64,000 bases of DNA, taken from positions 8,657 through 72,656 of the forward strand of contig JBBSEN010000004.1 in the NCBI GenBank assembly GCA_038239685.1. Direction: 5' to 3'. The notes under the pieces were generated by a model. It was not told the DNA's origin, did no database searches, and saw only the letters and a program-made list of their open reading frames with translations. How positions within the stretch are numbered: the stretch's first letter is position 1; each line of letters opens with the position of its first letter. Below are positions 37,246 to 46,029 of this stretch, piece by piece. The position numbers and the translations under genes were made by a program. Origin of the DNA: Candidatus Saccharimonadales bacterium. Its GTDB lineage: Bacteria; Patescibacteriota; Saccharimonadia; Saccharimonadales; UBA4665.

Positions 37246-39078
37246 TTAAAGTTTCCCCGTCCGCAGCAGGGCGTCCGTTTTTTGTGCCTGGCTGTGCCAG
37301 CTGAAAGCTTGGGTGGCTTTGTGCCGGCCTTGGGCCCCCAGCCTTTCAGCGATCGCCGGGTGAGCCAGCAGGTAGGACAGCTTATCGGCTAAAGCGCGGC
37401 TATCGGCCGGAGGCACCAGGTAGCCGGTGCTGCCTTCGTCCACTAGCTGCGGCAGGCTGCCGACCGTCGTCGCGATAACAGGCAGGCCAGCCGCCATGGC
37501 TTCCAGGGTAACCATCGAAAAACTGTCGTTTAACGACGGCAGCACGAATATGGCCGCCTCCTGGAAGCTGTGCTGCAGCCTGGCACCGGTCTGGCCGCCC
37601 CTGAAAGTGATCTGCTTGCCGAGGCCCAGCTGTTGCACCAAGGTCTCGAAGCCGGGGCGCCCGGATCCCGAACCGACGATGGTAAGCCGGGCATCGGGGT
37701 GGCCCTGACTGACATGGCGAAAGGCCTCAAGCAAGTAGCGCAGACCTTTGTGCGTATCTGACTTATTAAGACTGCCGACGAACAGAATGGATTGCGGCGT
37801 TCGCCTTGCGGCCGGCTTGAAGAAGTCGCTATCAACGCCGGGCGTAATCGTCCGTGATTTGCCGAGATATGACTTGAGGAAATCATCGCGTACGCTGTCT
37901 GAAGCGCATATGATGCTTTCGGCTTTCTCTAGTGTCCTGGGGAGAACATAGCGTTCATAGGGTCGGATCAGCCAGTCGGCCGGTACTTGGCCTTTCTTCA
38001 TGCTTAACATGTGATAGGTGACCACCACAGGCAGCCGGCCGGCGACCCACGCCGCGATGTCGGCGAACAAAGGCACCGGCGCGTGGGCGTTGACGGTGTA
38101 GATGTCTTCACGCTTGATGATGCGGCGCAACCACCAGCCGGTCAGCGGATGCAGCGGCGTATTGGATAATTTGAGAAGATACGGCAGGCGGTAGACGACT
38201 AATCCCTTATAGCTGGTCTGAGCCAACTTCCAGCCCCGCTCTCCAGAGGTGGCGACGCGGACTTCCCAGCCATCATCGCGCTGCAGCCCTTGGGCAATGT
38301 GGAAGGCATAGTTTTCCTGTCCGCCCAAGTGCGGCGGGAAGTACGGCGCCGCCAGTAGTAGCCGTTTAGGACGGAACTCAACTAGCCCGCCATTACTGAC
38401 GTACTGGACATGTGGCCGACGAGCGATATATTGGAAGACGTCTTGCAGTTTTTGCCAATCGTTATGGGCGTCTATTTCCCAGGAATGTCCCCATAGGTGA
38501 TAGACGCCACCCTCGGCCAGTACGCGGTCAAACATGGCCTTGGCCAAGTTGTCCCACTGCCGGTAACGCCAGGCCCGCCGGGGGTTGAATTGAGCGAAGC
38601 GGAGTATCCGCCAGGCGTCTTGGTAATGATTATAGGCGTGGATGGTGGTCGCCGCTTCGAATAGAGAGGCCTTGAGGTCAAATGAATGTCGCCGAACAGT
38701 ACGGGCGTAGCGCAGGCCGGCCCGACGGACCATGGCCACGTGCTTTGGTTGATAATTCCCGCCCGGATAGCAAAAGCTGGTTACCTGCTTGCCGGTCATT
38801 GCTTCCAAGCGCAATTTGGAATCTAGAACTTCCCGGTAAGCGCTATCGTCGGGAATTTTCGGCAGGCGGGGATGGGTCATGGTATGGGCACCGATCTCAA
38901 ACGAACGGCTCAAAGTCTTGACTTGCTGAGCCGTTAAGCGGTCGGACGGCGCTAATTCCTGGTTCTGTGGCGCGATATAGAAGGTTCCAGCCAGGCCGTA
39001 TTGCTGTAGCAGCTGGGCCAGCCGCACGTCCAGCTTGTGGCCGTCATCCCAACTGGTAGTCACGATGACCAGTTTCAT
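37246..39078 (-). CDS. Fusion protein (610 aa): N-terminal NodB-type polysaccharide deacetylase (CE4) plus a C-terminal GT4 glycosyltransferase
   Basis: VIVTTSWDDGHKLDVRLAQLLQQYGLAGTFYI and IGAHTMTHP (NodB motifs). The C-terminal part carries LNDSFSMVTLEAMAAGLPVIATTVGS (GT4). Confidence 0.75.
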   Translation of the reverse strand: MKLVIVTTSWDDGHKLDVRLAQLLQQYGLAGTFYIAPQNQELAPSDRLTAQQVKTLSRSFEIGAHTMTHPRLPKIPDDSAYREVLDSKLRLEAMTGKQVTSFCYPGGNYQPKHVAMVRRAGLRYARTVRRHSFDLKASLFEAATTIHAYNHYQDAWRILRFAQFNPRRAWRYRQWDNLAKAMFDRVLAEGGVYHLWGHSWEIDAHNDWQKLQDVFQYIARRPHVQYVSNGGLVEFRPKRLLLAAPYFPPHLGGQENYAFHIAQGLQRDDGWEVRVATSGERGWKLAQTSYKGLVVYRLPYLLKLSNTPLHPLTGWWLRRIIKREDIYTVNAHAPVPLFADIAAWVAGRLPVVVTYHMLSMKKGQVPADWLIRPYERYVLPRTLEKAESIICASDSVRDDFLKSYLGKSRTITPGVDSDFFKPAARRTPQSILFVGSLNKSDTHKGLRYLLEAFRHVSQGHPDARLTIVGSGSGRPGFETLVQQLGLGKQITFRGGQTGARLQHSFQEAAIFVLPSLNDSFSMVTLEAMAAGLPVIATTVGSLPQLVDEGSTGYLVPPADSRALADKLSYLLAHPAIAERLGAQGRHKATQAFSWHSQAQKTDALLRTGKL

Positions 39079-40217
39079 GAGCTAACCTCCGGCAATAAAC
39101 CGGCGTAAATTTGATCGAGCTCACGGGCGACCTGCGGCCAGCTAAAGTGGCGCCGAACATAGTCCCGCGAATGGTTAGCCATGCGCCGGCGACGCGCCCC
39201 GTCATCGACTAGCTCTAGAATGGCCTGCCGGATAGCATCCGAAGACGGACGGTTGGCGAGCAGGTAGACAAATTCCTGGTCCAGCTTATAGGCGTCGTAG
39301 CCGTCATCATAAGACATGATGACTGGCAGGCCACTGGCCATGGCCTCTTGAATGACGAGCGGAAAGCCTTCGCCATAGGCCGGCAGTACAAAAATATCCG
39401 CCGCCCGGTAGATTTCCGCCAATTGCGGCTGAGACAGCTGACCCAGAAAGCGTACCTGTGACGATTCGGCCTGACTCGCCTGACCGCCCACGAATACCAG
39501 CTGGTAACGTTTATTCTTAGCGGCCAGTACCTTGTCAAAACCCTTCTTGATCGCGGCCCGGCCGACGAAAAGGATTATTTTCCGGTTTTCAACTAAGTCA
39601 TATTTTTGGCGGATTAATTGTTTTTCTAACGGCTTGGCTGGCCGGAATAGCTTGTCGTCAACGCCGTTGAAGATGAGCCGGATTTTGCGGCCACTAATGC
39701 CTCGGGCCAGCAAGAATGAACCAATGCGCTCGTTGAGAATGATAATGGTCGCGCTACAGCGGAAGACCATGGCGCCGGCCGTAGCGTATACCAGCCGCTG
39801 CAGCCAGCGGACCAGCCGGCTAGGGTGCGGCACCAGGTCCACGTGTTGGGTTAGGACGACCGGCCGTCCGTAGAGGCGGGCCAGGATGGCGGCGCACCAC
39901 GACGATATATAGAAGGCGTCATGAATATGTACTACCTCGGCCCGCCGGATTTCCCGACGCAGGCTAATCAGCAAACTTGGTGAAAAAATCGGAAACGGCA
40001 CGCCCCACCGCTCAAAGCCGTTAAAGGCGGGGACGCGGACAATGGTCGCCGATTTGTCCTGGCTGCAAGGCTTGTCGGCCAAAATCCGGCTGGTGAGGAC
40101 TGTTACGCTGTCGCCAAGCGCGGCCAGCGCTTTGGCTTGATTCTGGGCGACATATTCTATGCCGCCCGCATGCGGCGGATAGTAATGGGTTACGATCAGG
40201 ATTTTTTTAGCTTTCAC
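39075..40217 (-). CDS. Family 4 (GT-B) glycosyltransferase
   Basis: ILIVTHYYPPHAGGIEYV N-terminus and YGEGFPLVIQEAMASGLPVI. Confidence 0.8.
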   Translation of the reverse strand: MKAKKILIVTHYYPPHAGGIEYVAQNQAKALAALGDSVTVLTSRILADKPCSQDKSATIVRVPAFNGFERWGVPFPIFSPSLLISLRREIRRAEVVHIHDAFYISSWCAAILARLYGRPVVLTQHVDLVPHPSRLVRWLQRLVYATAGAMVFRCSATIIILNERIGSFLLARGISGRKIRLIFNGVDDKLFRPAKPLEKQLIRQKYDLVENRKIILFVGRAAIKKGFDKVLAAKNKRYQLVFVGGQASQAESSQVRFLGQLSQPQLAEIYRAADIFVLPAYGEGFPLVIQEAMASGLPVIMSYDDGYDAYKLDQEFVYLLANRPSSDAIRQAILELVDDGARRRRMANHSRDYVRRHFSWPQVARELDQIYAGLLPEVSS

Positions 40218-40253
40218 CGCGATAATAATTTAAAGTTCTACCGTTCCTGCCGT

Positions 40254-41006
40254 TTATTCCGAATCTTTCGGCACGGGCCGCCAGGTCATCGGCGTCGTGG
40301 TGGAAGCGTTAGTTCGGATCCTATGGCGCAGGGCGAAGCGCTTCTTAAAAAGTTCGGAAAAGGTCCGCCAAGCGTCAAAAACGGATAGCTTTTCATGGCC
40401 GACACGTTTGCTGTAGGTGATTGGTACTTCGGCGCAGCGAAAGCCGCCGACGTAGGCGTCTATTTTTATTTCCTGCGAGAACGGCATGCCAGGGTGTTTG
40501 CTATCCAGTCTCTGCCAAATGGACCGGCGAAAAATCCACATGCCCGATTGCGAATCCTTAAATGGCGCCCGGAACAAAAGATGCATGATGAAACTCAGGA
40601 TATAGTTGCCAATAATATGCGACCGGGACATAGCGGCCCGATTTAGCCTAGTGAGGCGGTCGGTCGTGACAAAGTCGAGGTCAGCCTGGTTGAAAGCGGC
40701 CAGAATGGCGGGCACCGCCGCGAAAGGATATGTCATATCGGCGTCGCCGGAAATAATAATATCGCCGGTGGCCGCGGCAAAGCCGGCTTGGTAGGCGTTG
40801 CCGTAGCCGCGGCGCGGCTGACTGATAACCCGGGCGCCGCGTTGACGGGCGATCTCGGCCGTGCGGTCAGTCGAATTATTGTCCACGACTAGCTTTTCAA
40901 TCGTGTAGCCGGCCGCCATCAGTTCAGTCACCGGAATGCTATCAAGCGTTGGGCCAATGCCGGTTTCTTCATCATAGGCCGGGATAACGAAGCTTAGCGA
41001 GGTCAT
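40254..41006 (-). CDS. Family 2 glycosyltransferase (DPM1/polyprenyl-phosphate sugar synthase-like, soluble form)
   Basis: LSFVIPAYDEETGIGPTLDSI...VVDNNSTDRTAEIA...SGDADMTYP. Confidence 0.75.
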   Translation of the reverse strand: MTSLSFVIPAYDEETGIGPTLDSIPVTELMAAGYTIEKLVVDNNSTDRTAEIARQRGARVISQPRRGYGNAYQAGFAAATGDIIISGDADMTYPFAAVPAILAAFNQADLDFVTTDRLTRLNRAAMSRSHIIGNYILSFIMHLLFRAPFKDSQSGMWIFRRSIWQRLDSKHPGMPFSQEIKIDAYVGGFRCAEVPITYSKRVGHEKLSVFDAWRTFSELFKKRFALRHRIRTNASTTTPMTWRPVPKDSE

Positions 41007-41458
41007 GACGCGCCCACTAACCAGAAGTGTATGGCTTCCGGCTGGTTTAACAACATGACGCTGACTTCGCCGCGACCGGCAAAGTTCGGTAGTGTCGTAG
41101 CGGCGGCGATCCGTGTCGTTTCCCCGGCTGGCAAGGAGAGTTGTCGCCGGTCTAGTATTGTGGTCTGGCCCGATGGCGCCGTAAAAACCGCCTTATAGGT
41201 ATAGGTCATGTCCCGGGCCTCGGCGTTGCGAATGGTGAAGCTAAAGGCTAATGATTTTTGACTAGCCGCGGTCGTGGGCAAACTATTCGGGTTTGTAAAA
41301 TAAAGTTCCGTGAAGCGCTCCGGCTGGTGCGTCGTGGCTTTTATGAGTAGTTGGCTGTGGCCCAGCCAATTGGCCGCCAAGACGACGCCAATCAACAACA
41401 TAATGACTCCCAGTAGGAATACACTCTTGGTAAAGGTTGTGGCGTTCCGAAGGATCAT
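41003..41458 (-). CDS. Membrane-anchored hypothetical protein (151 aa)
   Basis: One N-terminal TM helix. The rest is likely extracytoplasmic and beta-rich. It is translationally coupled to the GT2. Confidence 0.5.
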   Translation of the reverse strand: MILRNATTFTKSVFLLGVIMLLIGVVLAANWLGHSQLLIKATTHQPERFTELYFTNPNSLPTTAASQKSLAFSFTIRNAEARDMTYTYKAVFTAPSGQTTILDRRQLSLPAGETTRIAAATTLPNFAGRGEVSVMLLNQPEAIHFWLVGAS

Positions 41459-41573
41459 TCATTTCCTGAATCCCCCACCACTTTATAGTTGTCTACCCAA
41501 AACTGATACCCATCTATCGTTTCTTCTGTCAATTTAGCACACTTAAGGGGTGGGTATCAAGACGCAGGCCAAT

Positions 41574-41740
41574 ATCCTGCCGCCGCCTTCTCTAGCGATG
41601 GTCGCAGCCCAGCCAACAACAAGGCCGGCGAACTCCTTGCAGCAATTCGGTGATTGTCCGTTCTATATGATTGCTTCTGGTTTCTGGTCTCTTGTTGGAG
41701 ATTACCCAGCAAATCCACTCATTACGGGCTAGTGGCGTCA
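41574..41740. repeat. Direct repeat copy B (167 bp), partner of 26033..26199
   Basis: It covers the last 149 nt of the intact ydeI-like gene plus 18 nt downstream of it. Confidence 0.9.
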
Positions 41741-41843
41741 GGTCCTCCCACCTTTCAAGGGCAGATTCATCAGACACCAGGGCTTTACGTAAGTCGGCCG
41801 GTACTTCATGCACCACGCCAGCGGCAATTGCTGCTTTAGTCAT
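41592..41843 (-). CDS. YdeI/OmpD-associated (OmdA) family protein
   Basis: VPADLRKALVSDESALERWEDLTPLARNEWICWVISNKRPETRSNHIERTITEL matches my memory of the YdeI/OmdA domain pattern (...eTR..Ri...i..L). Confidence 0.6.
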   Translation of the reverse strand: MTKAAIAAGVVHEVPADLRKALVSDESALERWEDLTPLARNEWICWVISNKRPETRSNHIERTITELLQGVRRPCCWLGCDHR

Positions 41844-41886
41844 AATTAAACTATATCAAATAACTAAGCACTCTTCTCAAAATGCT

Positions 41887-41923
41887 CTGCTCAGCCCCTA
41901 GTAGACGTACTTCGCAACTTTAG
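41887..41923. repeat. Copy 1 of a ~36-nt intergenic motif
   Basis: ctgctcagcccctagtagacgtacttcgcaactttag. It aligns with the copies at 44942 and 46030. Confidence 0.55.
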
Positions 41924-41942
41924 TGAAGGAGCGGCTCATATT

Positions 41943-43448
41943 TTAGTAACCTGAAAAATGATCGGTTTTGATGTCGTTATTGGCAACACCTAGCTCACGT
42001 AAGTATTGTTTGGCGTTGTCAACCATGTGGTTTGGGCCGGAAACGTAGAATAGCCGCTCATCATAGTCTGGTACTACTTTCGACAATAGCCGTGGACTCA
42101 AGTGCGCATGTATTAATCCCGGTTGGTGCTCGCCCGTCTTGGTCACGATAGGAATTGTTTTAACACCTAGGTTAGCGGCGGCTTTCAAGTCTTCGACATA
42201 AGCGAATTCGTCGGGGTCGCTGACAAGATAAAGCAATACAATATCGCAGGCAGTCCCCTTGTCGGTTATATATTTAATCATGCTGCGAAAAGGCGTTATG
42301 CCAATGCCGCCGGCGATAAAGGCCAGTTTCTTGGTCTCGTTGCCATTCAGGGTGAAATTGCCGGCCAACTGGCTGCCATAAATAACATCACCTGGCTCTA
42401 AGTCATGGAACGTGGACTTATAGGTACTTGATGGCTCATAATATTTGAGCCCGACATGAACTTCTGACTCTGTCGGTGAGGAAGCAATGGTGAAGCTCCG
42501 CCGGTTACCTCGGCTGTCATAGGGGACGCCGGCCAGTGTCCATTCCATGTATTGGCCAGGGAGAAACTGGAAGGCGCCATCCGGCTTAAAAGTGTACGCG
42601 TAAACCCGATCCGATACACGCTGTATTGCTTGTAGCTTCAACCGCAGCCTGGCTTTGGGCGATACTGCATAAGCAAATAGGTTGCCTACCAGCAAGGCGA
42701 CCTCGGGGTAGATAATAACCGGCCCTACTTTCCAACCAGCGACATAAAGCACTGCTACCAAGCTGGCAAATACCAACTGCATATTGCGCCGCGGCGGCAT
42801 AGTGGCCGGCTCGGTCAGCATAATAGTTGATAAGAAAATGAGCGGCGAGGCGATGAGGGCGTGCTTCATATTTGTAAATAGCGGCTGGTGATGATGTATA
42901 AACAAGGCAGCTTGCAAGACGACACTTATAACCGCAAAGGTCGCGAACAGTGAAAATCGCCTGACTTTTCTGATAACGACGAGCCCCAATACGAGGCTAA
43001 AGGGCCAAAAAATTGAACTGCCAATCCACCAGGTTGTCGGCCAAAACCCCCACAGGCTTAAAAAAGCTGCCGCCAATGCCGCTGGATTAAAAAAGTGCTT
43101 GCCCTTGCGAGCCAACAAGAACTTGGAGGCACTGGATATAGCGCCAGCCAGAACGAGAGCCAGGCCAGCGGCCACGGAGTTGGCCGGCTGCAAAATTAAG
43201 TACAGTATCAGGCTGGTAATCAGCCAGGATTCCATATTGGTCGGTACCTGGAATAAGTAGCTAAAACCTCGGTTAGTCACCCAAGCCGAGCACAATATAA
43301 GGCCCAAGGATATGATCATTTGGGTCGGACTGGCGGCAAGATGCCCAAGTTTGGCGAAAATAATACTAAGCGCTGCTAAAATACCCAGCACATACACCAC
43401 CAAACGGTACATGGTCATTTTATTAAGTAAGTCGTCGAGCGGCTTCAT
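41943..43448 (-). CDS. Polytopic membrane domain fused to an FNR-type FAD/NAD(P)-binding oxidoreductase domain
   Basis: The N-terminal ~230 aa hold multiple TM helices with KHFFNPAALAAAF, which recalls NqrB/RnfD. The C-terminal part has RRSFTIASSP (RxY[ST] FAD motif), GGIGITPFRSM (NAD motif) and YVSGP. Confidence 0.7.
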   Translation of the reverse strand: MKPLDDLLNKMTMYRLVVYVLGILAALSIIFAKLGHLAASPTQMIISLGLILCSAWVTNRGFSYLFQVPTNMESWLITSLILYLILQPANSVAAGLALVLAGAISSASKFLLARKGKHFFNPAALAAAFLSLWGFWPTTWWIGSSIFWPFSLVLGLVVIRKVRRFSLFATFAVISVVLQAALFIHHHQPLFTNMKHALIASPLIFLSTIMLTEPATMPPRRNMQLVFASLVAVLYVAGWKVGPVIIYPEVALLVGNLFAYAVSPKARLRLKLQAIQRVSDRVYAYTFKPDGAFQFLPGQYMEWTLAGVPYDSRGNRRSFTIASSPTESEVHVGLKYYEPSSTYKSTFHDLEPGDVIYGSQLAGNFTLNGNETKKLAFIAGGIGITPFRSMIKYITDKGTACDIVLLYLVSDPDEFAYVEDLKAAANLGVKTIPIVTKTGEHQPGLIHAHLSPRLLSKVVPDYDERLFYVSGPNHMVDNAKQYLRELGVANNDIKTDHFSGY

Positions 43449-44329
43449 GATGTTGGGCTGAATACCCTGGCTGGAAAATCCTTGGCATGGTGGAGTGTCA
43501 TGTCTTGATCTAGGATGGCATAGCTGAAGTCAAAGTGCTTTTGCAGCTGCGAGGGTTCCGTAAAAAACAAGGCGGTCGCGATACCGTCGGCTGTCATAGT
43601 GTCGGCGGCCACAACCCAAACGGCAGTAATTTGGCGCGGCGATGCTAGGCTGCTTGGGTCTATGATATGGTGAAATGTTCCCCATTGGCGCTTGCAGCCA
43701 GCCGAGGCGCAGAGACTTTTATTGGTTAGCCGGGCAATGCCGATGGCTTCTGAAGTATCCATCGGATTTTCTAAACCAATTGCCAGGGTCTCGCTATCTT
43801 CGGATCGGTGCAGAATGTCACCGCCGGCATTGATGGTATATGACCGGATCCCAGCCTCATCCAAGATCCCGGCAACGATATCGACTAGGTAACCCTTGCC
43901 GGCCGCGCCGAAGTCCAGAAGCACGTTTTTATTTAAAGTGACGCTATTCTTATCATAAGCTATTGTATCTGTCCAGGACGGCGGAGAGGTGAGCTGCTTA
44001 GTTTGGAAAGAGTAGCCGGCGTCATATCCGGCATCGACCATGGTTTGACCAATCAACGGCGTTAATTTGCCGTCAGTAGCGGCGTATAACTTTTCATAAA
44101 AACCAAGTAGCTTATAGCCGTCCGGCGGCAGTTGATAGCGGCCAGGTTGTTGTGACATGCGTGTAACTAGTGAGTCTTGTCGAAAACGCGAATAGGCCTG
44201 GTCGAAGGCCTCGATACGCTGGCTAATTTGCTGCTGCACTCTGTCCCAAGCGATATCATTGAGCTGGCAGTGGTCTTGAATTTGCCAGTGAGTGCCGATG
44301 GCATCAAATTTGGTGAATCTGGTCGCCAT
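43445..44329 (-). CDS. apbE: FAD:protein FMN transferase (ApbE family)
   Basis: LLDFGAAGKGYLVD, INAGGDI, SLCASAGCKRQWGTFHHIIDPSS and ADGIATALFF motifs. No obvious signal peptide. Confidence 0.8.
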   Translation of the reverse strand: MATRFTKFDAIGTHWQIQDHCQLNDIAWDRVQQQISQRIEAFDQAYSRFRQDSLVTRMSQQPGRYQLPPDGYKLLGFYEKLYAATDGKLTPLIGQTMVDAGYDAGYSFQTKQLTSPPSWTDTIAYDKNSVTLNKNVLLDFGAAGKGYLVDIVAGILDEAGIRSYTINAGGDILHRSEDSETLAIGLENPMDTSEAIGIARLTNKSLCASAGCKRQWGTFHHIIDPSSLASPRQITAVWVVAADTMTADGIATALFFTEPSQLQKHFDFSYAILDQDMTLHHAKDFPARVFSPTS

Positions 44330-44337
44330 GCGCGCCT

Positions 44338-44844
44338 TTACGACTGCGCCTTGGAGGCAATTTGGCTGATCGCTTCGTTAAAGCCTTGAGTAGTATCAGA
44401 CGCGCCGGCAACAGTACCCAATCGCAGGCTACTAATTTTTTTCCCAACGACCGCGCTTTTGTAGGCACTGACAAAATCCTCTTGGTAAAGGGCCGAAGTC
44501 GAATCATATTCACTATTCTGGACGGAGACGACGGTCACCACGCCGCTACCCAGCATGACAGAAACTTGGATACTCTCATCGCCACGAGGAACTGAATAAT
44601 TGCTCGATGCAGTATAACCGCCATCCCTGAAGCCACCGGTTGTCGTCGTAGTTGGCCCGGTGGTCGGCGCTGACGTTTTGGTAAGCGTGTTGGCAGCCGA
44701 ACTGGTTTGGCTCAAAGCCCTGCTGGAAGTGGCGCTTTTCGGCTTCAAATAGTCGGCAACAAGCATAACGCCGGCAATTACTACGATTGCTACCACGGTG
44801 GTAATAAGCTTCAGCTTTGCTTGTTTTTGGTAGGTGGTCGCCAT
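44338..44844 (-). CDS. Membrane-anchored FMN_bind domain protein (NqrC/RnfG-like), predicted flavinylation substrate
   Basis: N-terminal TM, a Thr/Ser-rich linker, FRDGGYTASSNY...IQVSVML..GVVTVVSV, and the candidate flavinylation site TVAGASDTT (compare the SGAT consensus). Confidence 0.75.
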   Translation of the reverse strand: MATTYQKQAKLKLITTVVAIVVIAGVMLVADYLKPKSATSSRALSQTSSAANTLTKTSAPTTGPTTTTTGGFRDGGYTASSNYSVPRGDESIQVSVMLGSGVVTVVSVQNSEYDSTSALYQEDFVSAYKSAVVGKKISSLRLGTVAGASDTTQGFNEAISQIASKAQS

Positions 44845-44941
44845 ATTGTCCTTGTCCTTAAAACCGCTATGCTTAATTGTAAAGAATAAAGCCTGAGTGT
44901 TTACTTAAGGAAACTTATCGTTAGTGCTCAAAGTACTATTG

Positions 44942-44978
44942 CTTAGCTCCCGCTATCGGGTGAACTCCGCAACTTTAA
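44942..44978. repeat. Copy 2 of a ~36-nt intergenic motif
   Basis: cttagctcccgctatcgggtgaactccgcaactttaa. It lies immediately 3' of the stop of the 44984..45478 gene. Confidence 0.55.
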
Positions 44979-44983
44979 CGAGG

Positions 44984-45478
44984 CTACTTTTCCTTCGGAT
45001 CCTTACTGGTTAAAGGGCTCAATAGTGTATCAACAAAGTTCTCCGTTTGCTTGTACAAACTCGGTCGTTTAGCTTTTTCTCGCTGAATCGTGGCATGTAA
45101 CTTATGCATGGCGGGATGAACTTCGAGCTCAGAGAGCAACTTTTTAAACTCATCATCGAGGTGCTCAATCTCGTTGTCCGTAAGCGTTTCAAGCCCGATG
45201 AATGTGTCGCGAGCCTTTTTGTCGGCAACGATTAGCTCATTAAGTTTGAGCTGTATAGCCTTGCTGTCTCGTGCTTGGGTGTTCTGGATCGAAAAGACCA
45301 TCACGAAGATAATCACGTCGGTAATGACGGTGATAGTTATTAGCCAGGTATCCGAATAATGATAATGTGGCCCGGCGAGTAGCCAGATTGCCACAACAAC
45401 CATTGACAGCACGAAAGCGGCAGTCGTGCTGGCCAACCGGGATACCTTGATCGAAAAGTTTCGGATGTTGTTTCTCAT
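44984..45478 (-). CDS. Low-affinity iron permease family (PF04120-like) membrane protein
   Basis: Two TM helices, then FSIQNTQARDSKAIQLKLNELI, which matches my memory of this family. Confidence 0.6.
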   Translation of the reverse strand: MRNNIRNFSIKVSRLASTTAAFVLSMVVVAIWLLAGPHYHYSDTWLITITVITDVIIFVMVFSIQNTQARDSKAIQLKLNELIVADKKARDTFIGLETLTDNEIEHLDDEFKKLLSELEVHPAMHKLHATIQREKAKRPSLYKQTENFVDTLLSPLTSKDPKEK

Positions 45479-45607
45479 GTTTACTATTAGTCCCTGTCAT
45501 CAGTATAGAGCACCCCACTGATCAAGTAAAAATCCACCTCTTGCAATGTGCATATGTCTGTTCCAGCCTACCGGTCTAGAACTTTTTAATAAATAATAAT
45601 TATTGTG

Positions 45608-45964
45608 CTAAATTATGCGCTCTCGTGCGTATTGTGCCCAATCTGGCGCGGGCTGCTCTTGCAGCTTCGATACGTGAATTGCTACATTTGCGGTCGTTCT
45701 TGCATCATATCGTGCATTCATGTAAGCATTGTCAACTACCCCTGCGACCGCAAGAGTCACGACAGGTGCGAGTGCGCCTACGATTTTCTTAGGCCGTGAG
45801 TCGCTAAATGCGAGTAAACCTAATTCGGCCACAGCTAATCCTGCCGCTGCAACAATAGATGCTCTTACGCCAAGGTCTAAGTCGTCGACCCGGTCGACCC
45901 TACGATGATACTGACTTTCTAACATACTCAATGCTCGTGAGGAAGGAGATGATGATTCTGTCAT
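45608..45964 (-). CDS. Hypothetical small membrane protein (118 aa)
   Basis: An ORF with two hydrophobic segments. No motif recognised. Confidence 0.4.
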   Translation of the reverse strand: MTESSSPSSRALSMLESQYHRRVDRVDDLDLGVRASIVAAAGLAVAELGLLAFSDSRPKKIVGALAPVVTLAVAGVVDNAYMNARYDARTTANVAIHVSKLQEQPAPDWAQYARERII

Positions 45965-46029
45965 TGTACTAAGTCCTCACTACTTACTAATTTAAGTAAT
46001 GTTAATACTTAAAGTTGCATTTGACAAGT

